Positions 13,811-29,578 of a stretch of 64,000 nt of DNA are shown here, in pieces; positions within the stretch are counted from its first letter, which is position 1; each line of letters opens with the position of its first letter. The notes beneath the pieces are model-generated. The model was not told the DNA's origin, did no database searches, and saw only the letters and a list, made by a program, of their open reading frames with translations. The position numbers were made by a program, and so were the translations under genes. Source of the stretch: Octopus sinensis (lineage: Eukaryota); contig NC_043003.1 in the NCBI RefSeq assembly GCF_006345805.1, forward strand, positions 63,798,001 through 63,862,000, given 5' to 3'.

Positions 13811-14186
13811 TATATATATACATATATATATACATATATACTACACACATACATGCGTATATACATATTACATATATACAATTACATACACACGTATATA
13901 TACACATACATGCATATGTACATATATACATATATAAAACTGAATATAGGATAAAATCTATTTATCAAGTAGTCAGCGTGAAAACCATATAAGGGAAAAA
14001 TTTATAACTATTCCCTTTAAATACATTTACACTATATACTATATATTTATTATGATAGTTTTGACTTTACGCGAGGCATTTACTTTACGTTAAGTAATGC
14101 CCTAAATATAATAAATGTATACATGTATATATATGTATACTTATATATATACATATATATACATGCACACATATATATATACATAC

Positions 14187-14224
<38 letters not shown>

Positions 14225-14689
14225 ATCTCGTGATTGTTTTATCGACTCGAGATGGAATGGAAAGATAAATTCGACTTCGGAAGAGTTTGAACCGTAAACA
14301 TTATCGATCAAAACGTGGATGGAAAAAAAAAGAAAGAAAAGAAAAGAAAAAGAAAAGGAAAGGGGCAAAAAGAAGAAAAGGAACGTAACCCAGCCCTCAA
14401 CCATCACTAGCTTATCTGTAATCTGTGGAATAATCAAAATATAATCAAAATGTCCACGCCCAAATCTTTAGAAATGTCATATTTAATTCAACAGACGAAG
14501 GAAAAAGAAAAAAAAGATAAGAGCTTTATTTAACAAGTCTATTGACATAGTTTATTCACTGAGGTTGAAATTATATAGTTAGCATAAACATTATACCAGT
14601 CGGTAACTAAAGTTCTGTTTCATCCCCTGTTCACAATATATAAACACCCTGTCAAGTAAAGTATTAAAACCACGAATAATTCTAAATAT

Positions 14690-15065
<376 letters not shown>

Positions 15066-15555
15066 ATGATTTTATGTACAGCTGAAGATCGACAGAGCTC
15101 AGTTTCGAATATATATAATATGAAGCTAAACGTTGAAATCTGATAAAGAACGAGAGAGAGAGAGAGAGAGCAACAAAGAGAATGAAAGAGAAGAGATTCA
15201 GTTTCAATAAACAATCTTTATCTTTCTTACATTTTTTTTTTACTCTTTTTTTCTGGTTTCACTCACTGGAGAGCGGACTTTCTGGATTTTAGTCGATTAC
15301 AAAACCCTAGGTCTTAGTCTGAAACTACAACTCTCTTGTAGCTCTCTTAAAATACGAAATACAAAGTAGACATTAGCATAAGGAGAGATTAAAGCACTAG
15401 AGCATTATTACAACGGGGTATTTGTATTTCTGTTCGAATGCACCGTTCCTCACTCATTAGTAAGATATATGTGTATGTCTATTCGTGTAAGTGTATACAT
15501 ACATACAAGCACGCATGCATGCATACATACATACATACATACATACATACATACA

Positions 15556-15586
<31 letters not shown>

Positions 15587-15855
15587 TACTCTACCTCCGG
15601 TATTCGAGTACTATTTTTTACACCTTGTTTCACATTTATATTCTTACTCTGGTATATATTGCGTGTTCGTTTCTCTTTTTGTCATCTGGGATTTAATTTT
15701 TGATCTTCAATATAAATGAAGATATTTCCTCCATGTGGCTGCTTTTCTCTCTACAAAACGGAAAGTTACATTTTAACGGAACAGTCATTTTAACGAGTTG
15801 TAATATATATATAATATATATATATATACCACATAAAAAGATTGAAACAGTGCAG

Positions 15856-16235
15856 TGGATGAGCTACAGGGACAAGCTGAGAAAAGTGCAACTTTACTCC
15901 CTGGAACGAAGGCGAGAGATATATGCAATGATCTACATATGGAAAACTCTAGAGGGGCTACTACCTAATTTCGGCATTGAGTGTTATAAAAATGCCAGAA
16001 CTGGCCGCCATTGTATTACACCAAAGGTACCATCCATTCTATCTAAATTCAGGACCAGGTACTGCAATAGTCCAGGATTCAAAGGTCCACAGCTCTTCAA
16101 GGTCCTGCCACAAAAATTAAGAAATTTGCATAAGGAACTAGACATCCTCCTCTCCACAATGCCGGATAAACCAACAGCCCGGCACGAGGTGCAGACGAGG
16201 GCAACGAAATCAAGCTACCAAATGGGCCAACAGCT
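15856..16235 (+). mobile_element. CR1-like LINE ORF2 C-terminal fragment
   Basis: WMSYRDKLRKVQLYSLERRREIYAMIYIWKTLEGLLPN...GPQLFKVLP...LDILLSTMPDKP matches the CR1 SLERRR...YIWK..EG C-terminal signature. Confidence 0.9.
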
Positions 16236-16794
16236 GGGACAAAGGCACACACTCCACCTGCCTTCGTCTTTTGTCTATTTTCGTAAATTTTCCCGTTATA
16301 TATATATATATATATACGCGGAGTTCCCTGATGGACAGTTTATACAAGGAAGATAATAATTCCTTCGCAATATTTAACAGAATTAGAAGTTTGAAATTGA
16401 AATTAAGGATTAAGTATGATGCACATAATGTACATGTCTAACCTCTTTTTGTTCAATTATTGCGAAGTTCTTAAGTTTTTTAGTTAGCGGTAATCATATA
16501 CCGCACTATTTCGCTCCTTTTAGGAATTATCAGCTTGACATAACCCAAGGCATATTAATTAAATGTTTTATGAAGCGACTCATTTCTTTTAGACGGAAAA
16601 TATTTACAGCCTGAAAGAAATTCGTGGTATGTGTTTTTCTTTTCTTTTCTTTTTCATCATAGAATGTTTGCAATTTAGGATGGAAACGAGTAAAGAAAGA
16701 GAAATTTCTTACTGCCTACATACATAGTAACTGCTTCCAGGGTGTTCAGTCTTGTAAAAATATTCTTATTGTAGCTAATATTGTAACTTTAACT

Positions 16795-16975
16795 CGATGG
16801 TGGCAAGCTGGTAGAATCATTAACCACGCCGGACAAGATGCTTAACGGTATTTCGTCCACCGTTACGTTCTGAGTTTAAATTCTGTTGAGGCCGACTTTG
16901 CTTTTGATAAGATAAGTAACAGTTGAAAACAAGGATCAATATAATCGACTTATCTCTTCCCCGTCCCCTAAATGC
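16795..16975 (+). mobile_element. SINE family B, diverged
   Basis: ggtggcaagctggtagaatc...ctgagtttaaattc...gactttgc. Confidence 0.8.
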
Positions 16976-17305
16976 TCAATATTTTAGTTTACCTGCAAAC
17001 GAAATGCACAAGCTGTTTTCAATATCTTCTTTCAGGTGCAGATACTGGTTTCAAGATGCCACTTCATATAAGTAATCCCTCGATATGTAGTGGAAGAGAC
17101 ATTTCTTCATAGACATAGCGTCTCAGCCTTTTATCAATCGTTTCAATGGATGAATCTTTTCGAATTCACAACCAGAGTTTTTCAAACAAGCAGATAGTTA
17201 ATACAAAGGAGACAATTTCTTCATACACGCACATACATTCACTGGCTGTGCACCAGCAAGACCACGGCCTTAGGGCTGAAACACATAACAGAATAATGCA
17301 CACGA

Positions 17306-17341
<36 letters not shown>

Positions 17342-17582
17342 GTGTACACATAGAAGTATACACTCAAACACAAATACACAAATTAATGCTGTTCTTTTTT
17401 GCTTAATGCCGTTTTCTTTTTTTCGCTTGAATGTAAAGTGTACAATGAATATATGAATGCAGATGAAATAGAATTTATAAATGAATCTTTCAATTGGACG
17501 AGAGACAATGGACATACATGTTATATGTATTCAGCATAAATTAGATTGCTTTGATTTTTAAAACATCACTAAGTGGCTTATA

Positions 17583-17814
17583 CAGGGTGTTCAAAAAGTC
17601 TCTCCGCAGTGAGTTTTTTTTCTTCTCAAACATGTATTTCAAAACGTGTAGAAGAATCAACTCATGTATTGAAACTGAAGGACCACACTTTCAACACCTC
17701 TTATATTTTTTTAAAGTCTTGTAAAGTCTAATATATTATTTTGTAGTCTTATACCATCTTATAAATATTTATTGTGCAATAAAATACTGCGGAGAGACTA
17801 TTTGAACACCCCTA
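17583..17814. mobile_element. Tc1/mariner-type MITE
   Basis: TIRs cagggtgttcaaaaagtctctccgcagt / actgcggagagactatttgaacaccc, flanked by TA. Confidence 0.85.
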
Positions 17815-18189
17815 TACATCAGCAATCAGCCGTGGTGCATGTGTGTGTGTGTGTGTATGTATACCACAGGCAGTCAAACTTGCCCCCAAATCTCGTCCTC
17901 CTGCCTTAAGAAATTTAGGGCACGTCGGATCATATAGACCACTATTCATGAAACCAAAAATAGTGAATGAATAATTACATGTGATGGTCAAGGATAGAAT
18001 GTCTCCTATCATAGTTCTGCTTACTCAGCGCTGGCCTGGGCCGGGGAAACAACAACAACAACAACGGCAATAACTGCAGCAATAATAAAAACAGCAGCAA
18101 CAATAACAACAATATTATCAATAATAACAACAATAACAACAAAAACCAGAACAAGAGCAGCGGTAATAACAACAACAACAATAATAATG

Positions 18190-18798
18190 ATAATATTTTC
18201 TGCTATAGACACAAGAACCGAAATTTTGTGGGAGCGGAGGGGGCTAGTCGACTACATCAACTACATTGCACATCCGAATGGATGAAAGGTAAAGTCGTGC
18301 TCGGCAAAATTTGAACTCAGAACATAAAAGCTGTCAAAACGCCGCTAAGCATTTTGTCCGGCGTGCTAACGATGCTGCCAGCTCGCCACCTTAATAATAT
18401 TCCTTTCTACTATAGGCACAAGGCCTGAAATTTGTGGGGAGGGGACCAGTCGATTACATCGACCCCGTATGTACCTGGTACTTATATTATCGCTCCCGGA
18501 AGGATGAAAGGCAAAGTGGAACCCGGCGGCATCTGAACTCAGAACCTGAACACAGACGAAACACCTATTTCTTTACTACCCACAAGGGGCTAAACACAGA
18601 GAGGACAAACAAGGACAGACAAACGGATTAAGTCGATTATATCGACTCCAGTGCGTAACTGGTACTTATTTAATCGACCCCGAAAGGATGAAAGGCAAAG
18701 TTGACCTCGGTGGAATTTGAACTCAGAACGTAACGGCAGACGAAATACCGCTAAGCATTTCGCCCGGCGTGCTAACGTTTCTGCCAGCTCGCCACCTT
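18190..18798 (-). mobile_element. SINE family B monomer (18190-18392) plus dimer (18395-18798)
   Basis: Three body units, two heads, dimer junction near 18561. Confidence 0.9.
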
Positions 18799-18806
18799 AA
18801 TAATAA

Positions 18807-19183
18807 CTAGCAGTATCGCCCAGCGTTGCTCGGGTTTGTTTCGACCCTTTAGAATTGGAATTTTTGAAAAGTAAAAATTGTGTATTATGTTGCTTGTTAT
18901 TCTCTTTAAGTGAACACTTTTCTAGTTGAAATACACCGAAAAGTGGCGACACAGCAGTCAAAAAATCGTAAAAAAAAAAGGAATTTTCATAGAAAGAAAG
19001 CACCTTTTTGATGTAAATAATTTTTGGTGTTAACATGGTCCGATTTGAATTTTTTCTTCTACGGAAGGAAGAGCAAGCCTTCTTCTATCATACTTTCAAT
19101 TTTGGTCAACTTGCACTGCAGGGTCTCGGAAGAGATAGTATTAGTTGATGGCTATCAAACCTGCCATACACAGACAACTTCAG

Positions 19184-19200
<17 letters not shown>
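18807..19200 (-). mobile_element. Non-autonomous Helitron
   Basis: Minus-strand 3' end cccgagcaacgctggg hairpin + CTAG|T; 5' end tatataaagctgaagttgtctg merges into (TA)n. Confidence 0.75.
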
Positions 19201-19226
<26 letters not shown>

Positions 19227-19689
19227 ACGGTCAACACACACATTGCATGCATCTGTTTTGTACGCATAAATGCTCGTGTGAGTGTGTGTGTGTGACTGAA
19301 GCCATTCACATATACATACATACATAACAACACCTGTCTGTCTGTTTTTGTCTGTCAATCTCTCACTAAAAAGAAATTTTAAAAATCTGTTATCTCTCTC
19401 CCTCTCTTTACACCATCGCTAGAAGAGGACTTAACTCATGTTTTATAAATAATAATGGCGTCACTACAGTGGATTTCTCCACTGTGAAAATTGAAGTTAT
19501 GGCTCAAAATTATTTACCGCTATTCGCGGGTGCCTCAGGGGGAAATAATTTGACGAAAATATAGCTAAGATCGTAACGAATGTCCTCCTAAAATTTGAGC
19601 GACATGCGTGTTAATTTGTGGATGTGCATAAACTACAATCACGTACACACACGCACACACATCATGCCTTATATATATGCAGATGATAA

Positions 19690-20110
19690 TTATTTCAAAT
19701 TTTTGCTACAAGCGCGGCTTGGGGGAGATGGGGATGATTCGATTACATCGACCCCGGTGTTTAATTGGTACTTATTTTATCGACTCCGAAAGGATGAAAG
19801 GCAAAGTCGACCTCAGTGAAATTTGAACTCAGAACGTAACGACGGGCGAAATACTGCTAAGCATTTCATACAGCGTGCTAAAGATTCAGCCAGCTCGCCA
19901 CTCTAATAATAGTAACGATAATAATAATGATACTCCTTTCTGTTTCAGGTACAAGGCCTGAAATTTTGGGAAAGTGAATAGTCGATTTCATAGACACTAG
20001 TGCGTAACTGGTACTTATTTCGTTGACCCCGGGAGGATGAAAAGCAAAGTCGACCTCAGCGAAATTTGAACTCAGAACGTCAAGATGAGGGATGTGCTGT
20101 TAAGCATTAC
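19690..20110 (-). mobile_element. Two adjacent SINE family B copies
   Basis: Repeated tggtacttatt...gaaaggatgaaaggcaaagtcgacctc...tttgaactcagaacgt. Confidence 0.85.
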
Positions 20111-20154
20111 CCCGACAATCTGACGATTCTATTAGTTCCCCGCTTTAAGGAAAA

Positions 20155-20310
20155 ACAAACAGCAACAACAAGAACACTGGTAGCAGCAGCAGCAACAGCA
20201 GCAGAAGTAGTAACAGCAAGAACAATACCAAGAGGAGCAGCAGCAACAACAACAGCAACAGCAGCAGCAGTGACAGCACCAATGCATTTACAACGGCAAC
20301 AGCAGCAATA
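20155..20310. repeat. Imperfect (CAG/CAA)n tract
   Basis: Direct reading; no supportable exon context. Confidence 0.85.
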
Positions 20311-20841
20311 AAGTAAGGCGGAGGCGTTGAATCATAATGAGCCAGTTAGAAGTTTTCTCATAGCTTGTCAAAGTCATTAATAAAAATGTCGGCTTTCCGA
20401 ACGAAAGATGTTAAAAAATAAATGGTTACATCTATTGGTGAATCTTTAGTTTCAAGTGTGCTTATCATACACTTAAAGCAAGCTATCAGCTCAAGTAAAT
20501 ACTATCTTTTCAGACGATGTTCAGTAAGCCAATACAAACTCAAGAAACGTTTTGCAAAAAATACGGCAGGGTGGGAATATCGCTTCAATTTTCATAATGG
20601 TGTTTTGGTTTCTTTTCCGTCTTTTTTTTTGGCTGTTGTTGATGTTGTTCTTTGGTTTTCTGTTGTCTTTCTTTTTGCTTTTATTTTCTTTCTTTCTTTC
20701 TTTCTTTCCCAAAGTACTTTAAAACTATTAAGAATACTAAGCATGACCAATACAAGAATTATATGTAAATAATAACTGATGCCGATATTTGAACCATTGA
20801 AAACACACATACACACCGACATATACACGTATGAACACATA

Positions 20842-21263
20842 CTCTTTTGTTCCTTTACTTGTTTCAGTCATTTGACTGTGGCCAAGCTGGAGCACCGCCT
20901 TAGTTGAGCAAATCGACCCCGGAACTTATTCTTTGTAAGCCCAGTACTTATTCTATCGATCACTTTTGCCGAACCGCTAAGTTACGGGGACATAAACACA
21001 CCAGCATCGGTTGTCAAGCAATGTTGGGGGGACAAACACAGACACGCAAACGCGCACACACCACACACACACACACACCACACACACACATATATATATA
21101 TATACATATATACGACGGGCTTCTTTGAGTTTCCGTCTACCAAATCCACTAACAAAGTTTTGGTCGGCCCAGGCTATAGTAGAAGACACTTGCCCAAGAT
21201 GCCACGCAGTGGAACTGAACCTGGAACCATGTGGTTGGTAAGCAAGATATTTACCACACAGCC
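20842..21263 (-). mobile_element. SINE family A, near full length
   Basis: Reverse complement of family A head, body and tail. Confidence 0.9.
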
Positions 21264-21325
21264 AAAAGCATTTGAAGAGCGTTTGGAAATATTCTAAGTC
21301 TCTGAGTAATTCATGCATACACAAG

Positions 21326-21366
<41 letters not shown>

Positions 21367-23599
21367 AAAAAAGTATGATAAATACAAGGTGCAGTTTCTA
21401 TCCTTTACTCCTACGTACATTTCAACATTGTGGTTATTTGCATCCACTGTGGTGTGTATTCACAAAGCAACTGGATGCCAATCCACATCAGTTTTTCAGG
21501 GGAAGTGTAGCTCTGTGGTGAGAACTTTTTTCCAAACCACATTGTTCAGATTTCGGTCCCACTTCGTTGCACCTTGAGCAAGTATCTTCTACTAGTGCCT
21601 ACCGAGACCCTGTGAGTAGATTCTATCACGTTTCTTTTCGCTTTATCATCTTACAAAGTTTTCTCTTTCTCTCTCATTTATCTCTTTCCCACTCCTCTTC
21701 CTTTATCAATCAAACTGTCTATATCTCGTCGCACATATTTGGTTTTGAGAGAGGTATGGTTTTGTTCGGACTTCCTTGATATGATGCTTTATCTGTCCCC
21801 TGATATTTTATGACATGCGCACTTATTGATTATTTGCATAACAGGGGAAAATGTGCAAATATTTGAAGTTTTAACATGAATTGTTATATTTATTGTGGGG
21901 CGCTGATGAGGTGAGGTGTATAATTGCACAGTACTTCAACAACTGTTACGTAATTATTTCGGCGTTTAAATGAAACGCGTGTACGTCCTATGAAGTAAAA
22001 AAAATATACCATACATATTTTGTGCTTTTTGCACAAAAACACGCATGTAATGTTAGCATAATCACATTAACATTTGATATAAGAAAATCTAAAACAGTAA
22101 AAGAGGTAAGATTACGTTAAGCCATGTTCACAACCCTTTCTCGATTTTCGGTTCAAGCTTATCCCCTTGAGAAAAAGACATAATCTTCAACCATAGCCTA
22201 TAAATAAATGAGAGCATGTCTAAACAAAAGCCTTCGTCACAAAGGTTTTTAAAAACTTCGGAAGATAAGGAAGGAAACATCAATCTGACCTAAAGGGAGA
22301 CAACTACCATGGATCGAAATTATTTTATTTTATTGTTTTCTCTTATTTTTATTCCATTTTTAATCTTTTATTATTTCTTTTTTATTTATTTAATTCTACA
22401 AAGTACTTCCGACTGAAGCAACGTTTTTTTTATTGTTTTTCTAGGCCGATACAGACATATGTGAATTTATGCGCGTGTGTTTGTGTGTGCGTGTGTGTGA
22501 GCGCGCGTGCGTGTGTATGTGTGTATGTTGTGTGTGTGTGTGTATGCCTACGTCTATGTGTGACTGTGTATGTACGTTTGTATGAACATGAGAGAGGAAT
22601 ATGTTTGCTCGTCTAGAAGACTTAATGTCTGAGTCACGAATTTAATCCAACGCTGGTGACATGACATAAATTGCCGACATCTCGACTGGTTGTTGTCCAA
22701 TGATCTATCGATTCAGTGACGAGCACAAAACAAAAAAAAAAAAGAAAGAAAACTTGATAAACTAAAACAAAAGAAATTAAACCACCCAGTTTATCTAAGT
22801 TGGTAGGTGGGGGGGGGGGAGACATATCTGCTGCTAAAGGTTATTCATCGTGTCCTTTTGGTAGGGAATTTAATCCTTCGTGATACAATTCATGGAGCTG
22901 TCGGAAATAGAAACGATCCTTCTGAAATGTCAACAATAAAGATACGCCCTAACTCGTTGAAAAATTATCGCTAATTTGCTTATATGAATTTGATTAGGGA
23001 ATCTATCCGCACTAGATTATTTGTATTGAAAAAGTAATAGACATTCAACAAAAACACACGTATACAATTTAACCTTTCTTCCCCCTCTCTCTTTCTCTCC
23101 TTCCCTCTCTCTCTCTCTTTCTCGATCTCTCGTTCTCTGACGATCACTGGCTCTCTTTCTCTCTTTTTCGCTCTTTCTTTCTTCTTTCTCAGTCAGTTTC
23201 TGTCTCTTTCACACGCAGACAAACACGCATGCGCGCACACACATTCTCTTTCACTCATAATATAACTAATGATACGCAGAAACTATGACCCCCCCCCCAA
23301 AAAAAAAAAACTCACAGATGTAATGAAATATAGGTGAACCTAATATGAATGTCTCACTATGTCTTACGTTTAATCATTAATTAATTTCCCCGACCTTCGA
23401 ATAATAATATTTTCGACTAAAGTTCGTCACCTTAATAACTATAATGATGATTTCTTCTATTGGCCTCAAAACCCAAGACATGGAGGACAATATCGAAGGA
23501 TGAGTTACAGTACACACGCACACAAGAAAAAATTACAAACAAAAACATGTGAGGTTAACATCAATCAAGTGGAGATATTAGCACATTAAAGGATATATA

Positions 23600-23945
23600 T
23601 TCGTGGCACTCAGTCGGTTACGACGACGATCAACGATCAACGGAACAGCCTGCTCGTGAAATTAACGTGCAAGTAGCTGAACACTCCACAGACACGTGTA
23701 CCCTTAAAGTAGTTCTCAGGGAGATTCAGCGTGACACAGAGTGTGACAAGGTACAACAGAAACAGTGAAGAGTGAGAGAAAGTTGTGGCGAAAGAGTACA
23801 GCAGGGTTCGACACCACCCGTGCCGGAGCTCATGGAGCTTTAAGTGCTTTCGCTCAATAAATACTCACAACGCCAGGTTGGAAATCGAAACCGCGATCCT
23901 ACGATCCCGAGTCCGCTGCCCTATCTAATGGGCCATTGCGCCTCC
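23600..23945 (-). mobile_element. tRNA-derived SINE, family D
   Basis: Minus strand ggaggcgcaatggccc...ggtttcgatttc head; tail gggtacacgtgtctgtggagtg...cgtcgtaaccgactgagtgcc. Confidence 0.75.
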
Positions 23946-24156
23946 AAAAAAGGATATAACAGAGAATATATAATAGAAAGTAGAGAAATAAATAAATGAA
24001 TAAATAAAATCCTCAATAGCGGGGCAGTCCACTTAGGGTAATCCAAGATAAACTCCAAACAAAATCCCGGATTACTTTGTCATCTCCAAGGCATGGGAAA
24101 AGTCATCCAGTTGCATTCCTCCTGCACAGAAAAACATATTCAGAGTAGATTCATTC

Positions 24157-24590
<434 letters not shown>

Positions 24591-25262
24591 TATGATGATG
24601 ATGATGATGATAACAATAGGACTTCTACAGAACGTTTGCCTCTTAGGGCCAGGAAAGTTTGTCAGTGGGGTCTTAAACCGCTTGATATACTATTCAAAGA
24701 TTGTAGGTACCTAAGGTTAAAGATAGGAACTTGCTACCCACAAAAATTCCACCAGGAATAAGAACGAACCTAAGTCAAATCACTAATAATAAAGAACAAC
24801 TATGTTACCCTTATACAGAAAAAAAAGCGTAAAATGAAGTAATGTAACGCCTGAATGCTAGTTACGACAGCCTTTTATTCACGATACGAAAGAAACGAAG
24901 AATGTTTTGAACCAGAAACTAAACGTAAGTTGTTCGTACGTCATTATTAATTCTAATCAACCTTTGACTGTTGGTCACATGTGGTACGTATGGCACATCA
25001 TTGAAAATTTCAACTGCTCATCAAATGTTTCCGGTAAAGAAACACATTTAATTTTCGCTGAACGTGTCCAAATTGAAGGGGGAAAAGAAATAAGTAACTC
25101 CTTTCGGCTAGCATTTCCGCTTCATTTTATATTGTATGTTTATATTTTATACCAGCAACTTTGAAGAATTTAATTAGGACTGTAATTCGCTGATAACGTA
25201 AATTAGTTGGCCATTTGTACATGAAGAGGTACAAATAAGACGTACGCTTCGAAATACGCCTT

Positions 25263-25297
<35 letters not shown>

Positions 25298-25346
25298 GCG
25301 CGCAGATATGCACTCACGCCCACACATGTATGACTGAAATATACAT

Positions 25347-25400
<54 letters not shown>

Positions 25401-25404
<4 letters not shown>

Positions 25405-25603
25405 GTGTATATTGAAACACAAGAGAAAACTGCCTTTAATAGGTAATTTTTACATGCTAGAAGAGGCAGTCAAAACGACCAAAACCACATTTTAAGAGCA
25501 ATTTTCGAAGGGAATGCGGTTTTGGTCGTTTCGACTGCTTCTTCTAGCGTGTAAAAATTCCTTATTAGAGGTAGTTTTCTCTTGTGTTTAAATGTACACT
25601 ATT
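25401..25603. repeat. Fold-back inverted repeat, ~91-bp arms, ~21-nt spacer
   Basis: aatagtgtatattgaaacacaagagaaaac...aaaaccacatt vs aatgcggttttgg...cttgtgtttaaatgtacactatt, about 10 mismatches. Confidence 0.9.
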
Positions 25604-25754
25604 TTATATTGAGAATATGTTGTCTATTGACTTTTTATACATGCTAGGCCACTGGTGGTGAAATTTCTAAAAATATTCACCACCCTATATAATTTTACGT
25701 ATATATATATATATATACGTCTGAATAGAGTAAAACAGTATATATATTTACGAG

Positions 25755-25789
<35 letters not shown>

Positions 25790-25824
25790 ATATATACATT
25801 CATATACTTATGCATACACACACA

Positions 25825-25890
<66 letters not shown>

Positions 25891-25894
25891 ATAT

Positions 25895-25928
<34 letters not shown>

Positions 25929-26035
25929 ATATATAACACATTACTAAATACTGCTTTCGTTCATACTGAGGCAAACTCATTCACGGTTTATCTACATACA
26001 TACGTACATGCACACATATGTAGGTATGTATATAC

Positions 26036-26068
<33 letters not shown>

Positions 26069-26204
26069 CTTCTGTATGTATATGTGTGTGTACGTTTATG
26101 TTTATGTATACATTCATATATATCTATGTGTGTGTGCGTGTAAGTATGTTTATGTTTATGTATATATACATATATGTGTGTGTGCTTGTGTGTATGTATG
26201 TGTA

Positions 26205-26235
<31 letters not shown>

Positions 26236-26753
26236 CATACATACATACATACATACATACATACATACATACATACATACATACATACATACATACATAC
26301 GGTGGTGAGGGGCAGCTTAACTTAAAGCATGCAAAACACGCACATATAATATTCTGCGCGAGCCAAATTCACCCTAAGTGTATCTTGGATGAGTTCGTCA
26401 TAAAAACACGAAAATAAAACTCATAAAGCCGAACACAACATATATGACACCTAAGACACAAATTTGGAGTAAGAATAAAAACCAACACTTTATTACCACG
26501 AAACCATAAACGCGCAAGCAACAGAAGTGATGTATGAATATGTGGGTATGCACGTTTATCTTGCCCCCTAGCCCCTTTCCTTCTTTCTCGTATATATATA
26601 TAATATTATATATATATATATATAAGTATAAGAGATATAGAGAAGACGTTCAACTTAGGCAGACTACGATTGGAGGATACATATAGGGATTTAATAAGAC
26701 AGAATTGTCTGAAACATATATTGATATATTCAGAATATGAAGATATAAATATA

Positions 26754-26803
<50 letters not shown>

Positions 26804-27684
26804 TTTATATATGATAGTTAAAAATAAACAAGGATACATAAATATATAGTTATATATAAATAAAATAGAATATAGATGAAAATATAGATAAGAATAATGA
26901 AATATAGAGAGACATTTCTTTTAAGAATTCTAAAGAAATTATAGAATGGAGGGAGTAATATATGTTTAAAAAGAGTTTTTGGTATCATATTTAAAGGAAA
27001 TGAACTCTAGAATACTCATGCACACACTGAAAGTTAATGTAAACATGAAAACTAGAAGTTGTTGATTCAAATTGTTAGATCGAGTGCACAACTACGACAC
27101 TTTCTCACTGAGTAACCATGTATTTTCAACACAGAGGCATTACACAACAACATAATCAAGACTACAAACGCAGCGACATAGAAAGTCTAACAGTTTATAA
27201 CATCCTGTTTAGAGCTCAGCAAAATGCTGAAATATTAGCAATAGAAGTTTTATTAAGATCAAAATTCACATTTAAATATAGCACACACATAGAACACCCT
27301 GCTATTAAATCGAGAATATTTACTGATGGCTGAAATTAACAAGGAATTAACTGTTAAGATCTCGACGTCGGGTGATGACGATGTTATCAGGAAAACCTAA
27401 TTTCAATGATACTTGTTGCTCACCAAAAATATAAATAAAAAAAACCTTGTAATAAAAAGATTGTAAAATAAAGATACGCATCAGCGAACACTTCACATCG
27501 AGATGAGATGGAGAAGTTCTAAAACCGTTGATGCACTTATTGTTCTGAATAAAACATTAAGGATTGATAAGAAAAAGCGAAGTAAAAGAAACATAATGGA
27601 GAAAAAGTAAAGAATAACGATAGTACCTCCAATAAAACACGCATACGTACACAATATGCACTTGTATACATACATATATATACG

Positions 27685-27715
<31 letters not shown>

Positions 27716-28097
27716 GCATATATATATATATATTGTGTGTATGTATCCCTATACGCACAGATACACCTGTGTGTGTGTATATATATATATATACATATTA
27801 GTGTGTCTGTGCGCATATATATACATACACACAAACACATGCACACTGTGTATATAGTGTGTGTCTATCCATATATATACATATATATATATATGCGTAT
27901 ATATATATTTGTTTATGTATTGTATAATTTCATTAGTGTATAAACATGTGTCTTTATATAAATATAGATTATTATACATCCATACATAATGAATATAAAA
28001 ACAAGTTCTATTGATTATTCTGCGACTGGTTTCAACCATTCGAGTGTGACCATTCTTTTGCTAAACAATGACAAGAAAAACAATATATCAGTGAATG

Positions 28098-28175
<78 letters not shown>

Positions 28176-28176
28176 C

Positions 28177-28207
<31 letters not shown>

Positions 28208-28512
28208 TACATATATATATATATATGTATGTACGTATGTGTGCGTGTGTGTGTGTGAGTGTTTGATATGTGTCTATGTGTGATGAGGTATATGTGTGTA
28301 TAAATATATATATTTACACACACATATATACATATATATATACATGTATGTGTACACATATGTACACACAGACACACATATATATATGTGTGTGTAAATA
28401 TATATATAAATATATATATATATACATATATATACATATGTATAGCAGTACATATATATTTATATATATACATATATATGTATATATATATATTATATAT
28501 ATATATATATAT

Positions 28513-28544
<32 letters not shown>

Positions 28545-28594
28545 CATATATATATACACATATATATAGCAGTAATATATATTTATATATATAC

Positions 28595-28626
<32 letters not shown>

Positions 28627-28774
28627 CATATCATATATATATATATATATGTGTGTTTGTGTGTACAATTATAAGTACAAATATAAATATATACACACGC
28701 TCTTATATAGACACAGATGCATATAAATCATATATATATATATATATGCATACATATATGTGTATGTGTGTGTT

Positions 28775-28845
28775 ATAAGCCTGATGAGTTTGGTTCGTTT
28801 GAGGAACCCACGAAATTTTAAGTTTCATGGAGCCGAGTCAAACTA
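28775..28845 (+). ncRNA. Degenerate hammerhead motif, same family as 51549-51615
   Basis: CTGATGAG...ggttc/gaacc...CCCACGAAA and shared downstream catg(t)ggagc..agtcaaact. Confidence 0.4.
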
Positions 28846-29305
28846 TTATTAAATAATATAATGGAAAAAAACCCAGCACAAACAAATATAGCACTCGAGT
28901 GACCGTGTCCTGTAATGTTGAATGAAAGATTTTAATACCCAATGTTACTTATTAACGCAAAACAATAATGAGGATGATGAAGACGACGATGATGCTGATG
29001 ACTGTAATGATGATGATGATGATGAGGATGATGAAGGCGATGATGATTAAAGCGAGTGCAACAGAGTATGTCTGTATGTAATGTTTTGAGTACAAAAGCC
29101 CCAGCGCTGCATAACATCGAATTGTTATGCTTCCTGTGCACACGGCCATCTCTGAATTTCTGATCAAAGCATTTGCCAAACATTGCATTTCCGGAGGTCT
29201 TGTGGCCAGAGTAAAAGAATATTAAAATGGCCTCTGCAGTACGGTGCTAAATGTTGCCGGACACTCTGTGTGTGTGTGTGTGTGTGTGCATACATACATG
29301 TGTAT

Positions 29306-29374
<69 letters not shown>

Positions 29375-29578
29375 CAAACATTTATATATGTTCATACATA
29401 TATACATATATACACTTAGTGAAGATTAAATTTCTCGTTTACGGTATAACACTGAGCCTAACGGTTTATATTAATTTTTTGCATGCGCATTAGCATTTCG
29501 CTAAATCAACCCTAAATTTTAATGGTAAAAATATATATACTGGCAGACGGAATCAGCCAAAGTATCGACTGTCTGAGC

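Noticed and set aside
20066-20311. Poly-A/T/Q ORF as a transcription-factor exon
   Set aside because: It begins in a SINE, consists of a CAG/CAA tract and has no splice support
21906-21945. CTGATGAG hammerhead-like start
   Set aside because: No GAAA or stem III downstream
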